Shown: positions 62,179-64,000 of the stretch, one piece after another | Layout of the letters: every line of letters starts with the position of its first letter | Numbering within the stretch: the first letter of the stretch is position 1 | Source: an uncultured Methanoregulaceae archaeon | Lineage (GTDB): Archaea; Halobacteriota; Methanomicrobia; Methanomicrobiales; Methanospirillaceae | Direction: 5' to 3' | Assembly (NCBI GenBank): GCA_963701095.1 | Contig: OY969564.1 | Coordinates: forward strand, 2,368,001-2,432,000 | Length of the DNA: 64,000 nucleotides | The notes under the pieces: model-generated | Database searches by the model: none | What the model was told of the DNA's origin: nothing | Seen by the model: the letters and a program-made list of their open reading frames with translations, nothing else | Translations under genes and position numbers: made by a program

Positions 62179-63030
62179 ATGAATGAGACTACTTCGCCAC
62201 CGCAGGAAACCACCATACCAACGCTTATCATCCGCCCGCCCCAGAAATGGGTGCCGGTAGACCTTCATGAGCTCTGGGCGTATCGTGAGCTTATCGCGGC
62301 ATTTACTCTGCGAGATGTAAAGCTCCGGTACAAGCAGACCGGGCTTGGGATTGCATGGGCAGTTCTTCAGCCGGTATTAACCATGGTCATTTTTACGATC
62401 ATTTTTGGCGGTCTTGCAAAGATACCCTCCAATGGTGTGCCATACCCTCTTTTTGTTCTCGCCGCCCTGCTCCCGTGGATGCTCTTTTCTGATGGACTGA
62501 CCCGTTCCACGACAAGTATGGTGGCCAATTCCCCAATCATGACAAAGGTATACTTCCCACGCTTGATTATGCCTCTTTCAAGTATTATATCTCCTCTCGT
62601 AGATTTCGGTGTTTCTTTTATTATCCTCATTGCGATGATGATCTATTACGGATATGCACCTACACTTAACATTGTATTCCTGCCGCTTTTCCTCCTGCTC
62701 GCGCTCGCGACATCGCTTGGTGTCGGTCTCTGGCTCTCAGCATTAAATGTAAAGTACCGTGACTTTCAATACACGATTCCCTTTATCATCCAGATAGGTA
62801 TGTATGCATCTCCTGTAGTGTATGCATCCAGTCTTGTCCCGGCTTCATTGAGAGTGTGGTACGGCCTCAACCCGATGGCGGGAGTGATCGAAGGATTTCG
62901 CTGGACCCTATTAGGTTCCGGAACGCCTAGTGCGATGGTGCTGGTATCTGTGGGAATGGTCATTGTTATTCTTGTCACTGGTATACTTTATTTCCGGAGG
63001 ATGGAACAGTACTATGCAGATATTGTATAA
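62179..63030 (+). CDS. wzm: Polysaccharide ABC exporter permease (Wzm-like)
   Basis: RDVKLRYKQTGLGIAW, KVYFPR, YRDF, NPMAGVIEGFR. Confidence 0.9.
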   Translation: MNETTSPPQETTIPTLIIRPPQKWVPVDLHELWAYRELIAAFTLRDVKLRYKQTGLGIAWAVLQPVLTMVIFTIIFGGLAKIPSNGVPYPLFVLAALLPWMLFSDGLTRSTTSMVANSPIMTKVYFPRLIMPLSSIISPLVDFGVSFIILIAMMIYYGYAPTLNIVFLPLFLLLALATSLGVGLWLSALNVKYRDFQYTIPFIIQIGMYASPVVYASSLVPASLRVWYGLNPMAGVIEGFRWTLLGSGTPSAMVLVSVGMVIVILVTGILYFRRMEQYYADIV

Positions 63031-63189
63031 TGTAAAAAAGTGGATAGGAACGATTTACGTTTGTCAAGGGAATATGGCTAAACTATCTCTAAAAGAGTTT
63101 TCCGGACGCCGCTCACAAACCATTTGCTTCAATTATTCCGGGGGCAAACACTCTAAAGACATTCTCATTATTAGGGAAAGTTCATCCAC

Positions 63190-64000
63190 ATGACTTCTGA
63201 AAATTTCGCAATCCGTGTTAACCACGTAGGGAAACAGTATAAGCTTGGCGGACCGCAAGAACAATACCACACGTTCCGCGATGCGATTGTTAATTCTTTT
63301 AAAGCGCCACTGAAAGTGTTTCATAAGACTTCACCGGTGGAAGGGTTCTGGGCTTTGAAGGACGTTTCTTTTGATGTTATGCAGGGTGAAGTTGTCGGGA
63401 TTATCGGACGGAATGGTGCCGGGAAATCGACACTCCTTAAAATATTATCGAGAATTACTTCGCCAACTGAAGGATCGGTTGAGCTATTTGGAAGAGTGGG
63501 CTCTTTACTGGAAGTAGGAACCGGGTTTCATCCAGAGCTGACCGGGAGGGAAAATATCTATTTGTCCGGCTCGATTCTTGGAATGAAACGACGAGAAATA
63601 GACGTAAAATTGGATGAGATTATAAAATTTTCCGAGATTGAACAATTTCTTGACACACCTGTTAAACGATATTCGAGTGGGATGTATGTCCGACTCGCAT
63701 TTGCCGTGGCAGCACATTTGGAACCAGAGATATTGCTTATTGATGAAGTGCTGGCGGTTGGGGATGCTCAGTTCCAAAAGAAATGCTTAGGAAAGATGGG
63801 GGATGTCGGGAAGGAAGGGAGAACGGTACTCTTCGTCAGCCATAATATGGCAGCTATGCGCCAACTGTGCCCTTCATGTATCTGGCTGGCCAATGGAAAA
63901 TTAAAAGATGCTGGGCCAACTCAGGACGTCATTGATCATTATCTGGAGTCAACAATATCAACTACGTTTTCATCTCCACTTACAGTAGATGACAACAAAG
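63190..64000 (+). CDS. wzt: Polysaccharide ABC exporter ATPase (Wzt-like), runs off window end
   Basis: Translated by hand from ATG 63190: FWALKDVSF, GRNGAGKSTLLK, GTGFHPELTGRENI, YSSGMYVRLAF, DEVLAVGD. Confidence 0.92.
   Translation, partial: MTSENFAIRVNHVGKQYKLGGPQEQYHTFRDAIVNSFKAPLKVFHKTSPVEGFWALKDVSFDVMQGEVVGIIGRNGAGKSTLLKILSRITSPTEGSVELFGRVGSLLEVGTGFHPELTGRENIYLSGSILGMKRREIDVKLDEIIKFSEIEQFLDTPVKRYSSGMYVRLAFAVAAHLEPEILLIDEVLAVGDAQFQKKCLGKMGDVGKEGRTVLFVSHNMAAMRQLCPSCIWLANGKLKDAGPTQDVIDHYLESTISTTFSSPLTVDDNK

Overview
Chromosomal segment of a methanogenic archaeon, most likely Methanomicrobiales (Methanoregula-like; inferred from mmp10, npdG, aglJ, archease-rtcB, an intron-containing tRNA-Met, an archaeal type IV pilin and a CCGG-rich composition). 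About 1-38 kb is an accessory patchwork: an orphan MNT antitoxin, a CLC channel, a type IIIA P-type H+-ATPase, secreted and membrane proteins, a His-less sensor kinase, a membrane-anchored Schlafen/AlbA_2 protein, a 2H phosphoesterase, several methyltransferases and redox enzymes, ChrA, MoeA and two rubredoxins. About 38-57 kb is core: aglJ, aldolase, npdG, thioredoxin, secDF, archease-rtcB, birA-bioY-ECF-pycBA, tRNA-Met, mmp10 and tRNA-Thr. About 57-64 kb holds an ABC-2 islet bracketed by a duplicated tRNA-Thr 3' end, a pilin and the start of a gmd-fcl-wzm-wzt glycan locus. About 15 single-base frameshifts, some in housekeeping genes, look like read errors and cluster at CCGG/CGG. No CRISPR array, rRNA, transposase or integrase was seen. 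All product calls come from recognising motifs by eye; no database searches were run.
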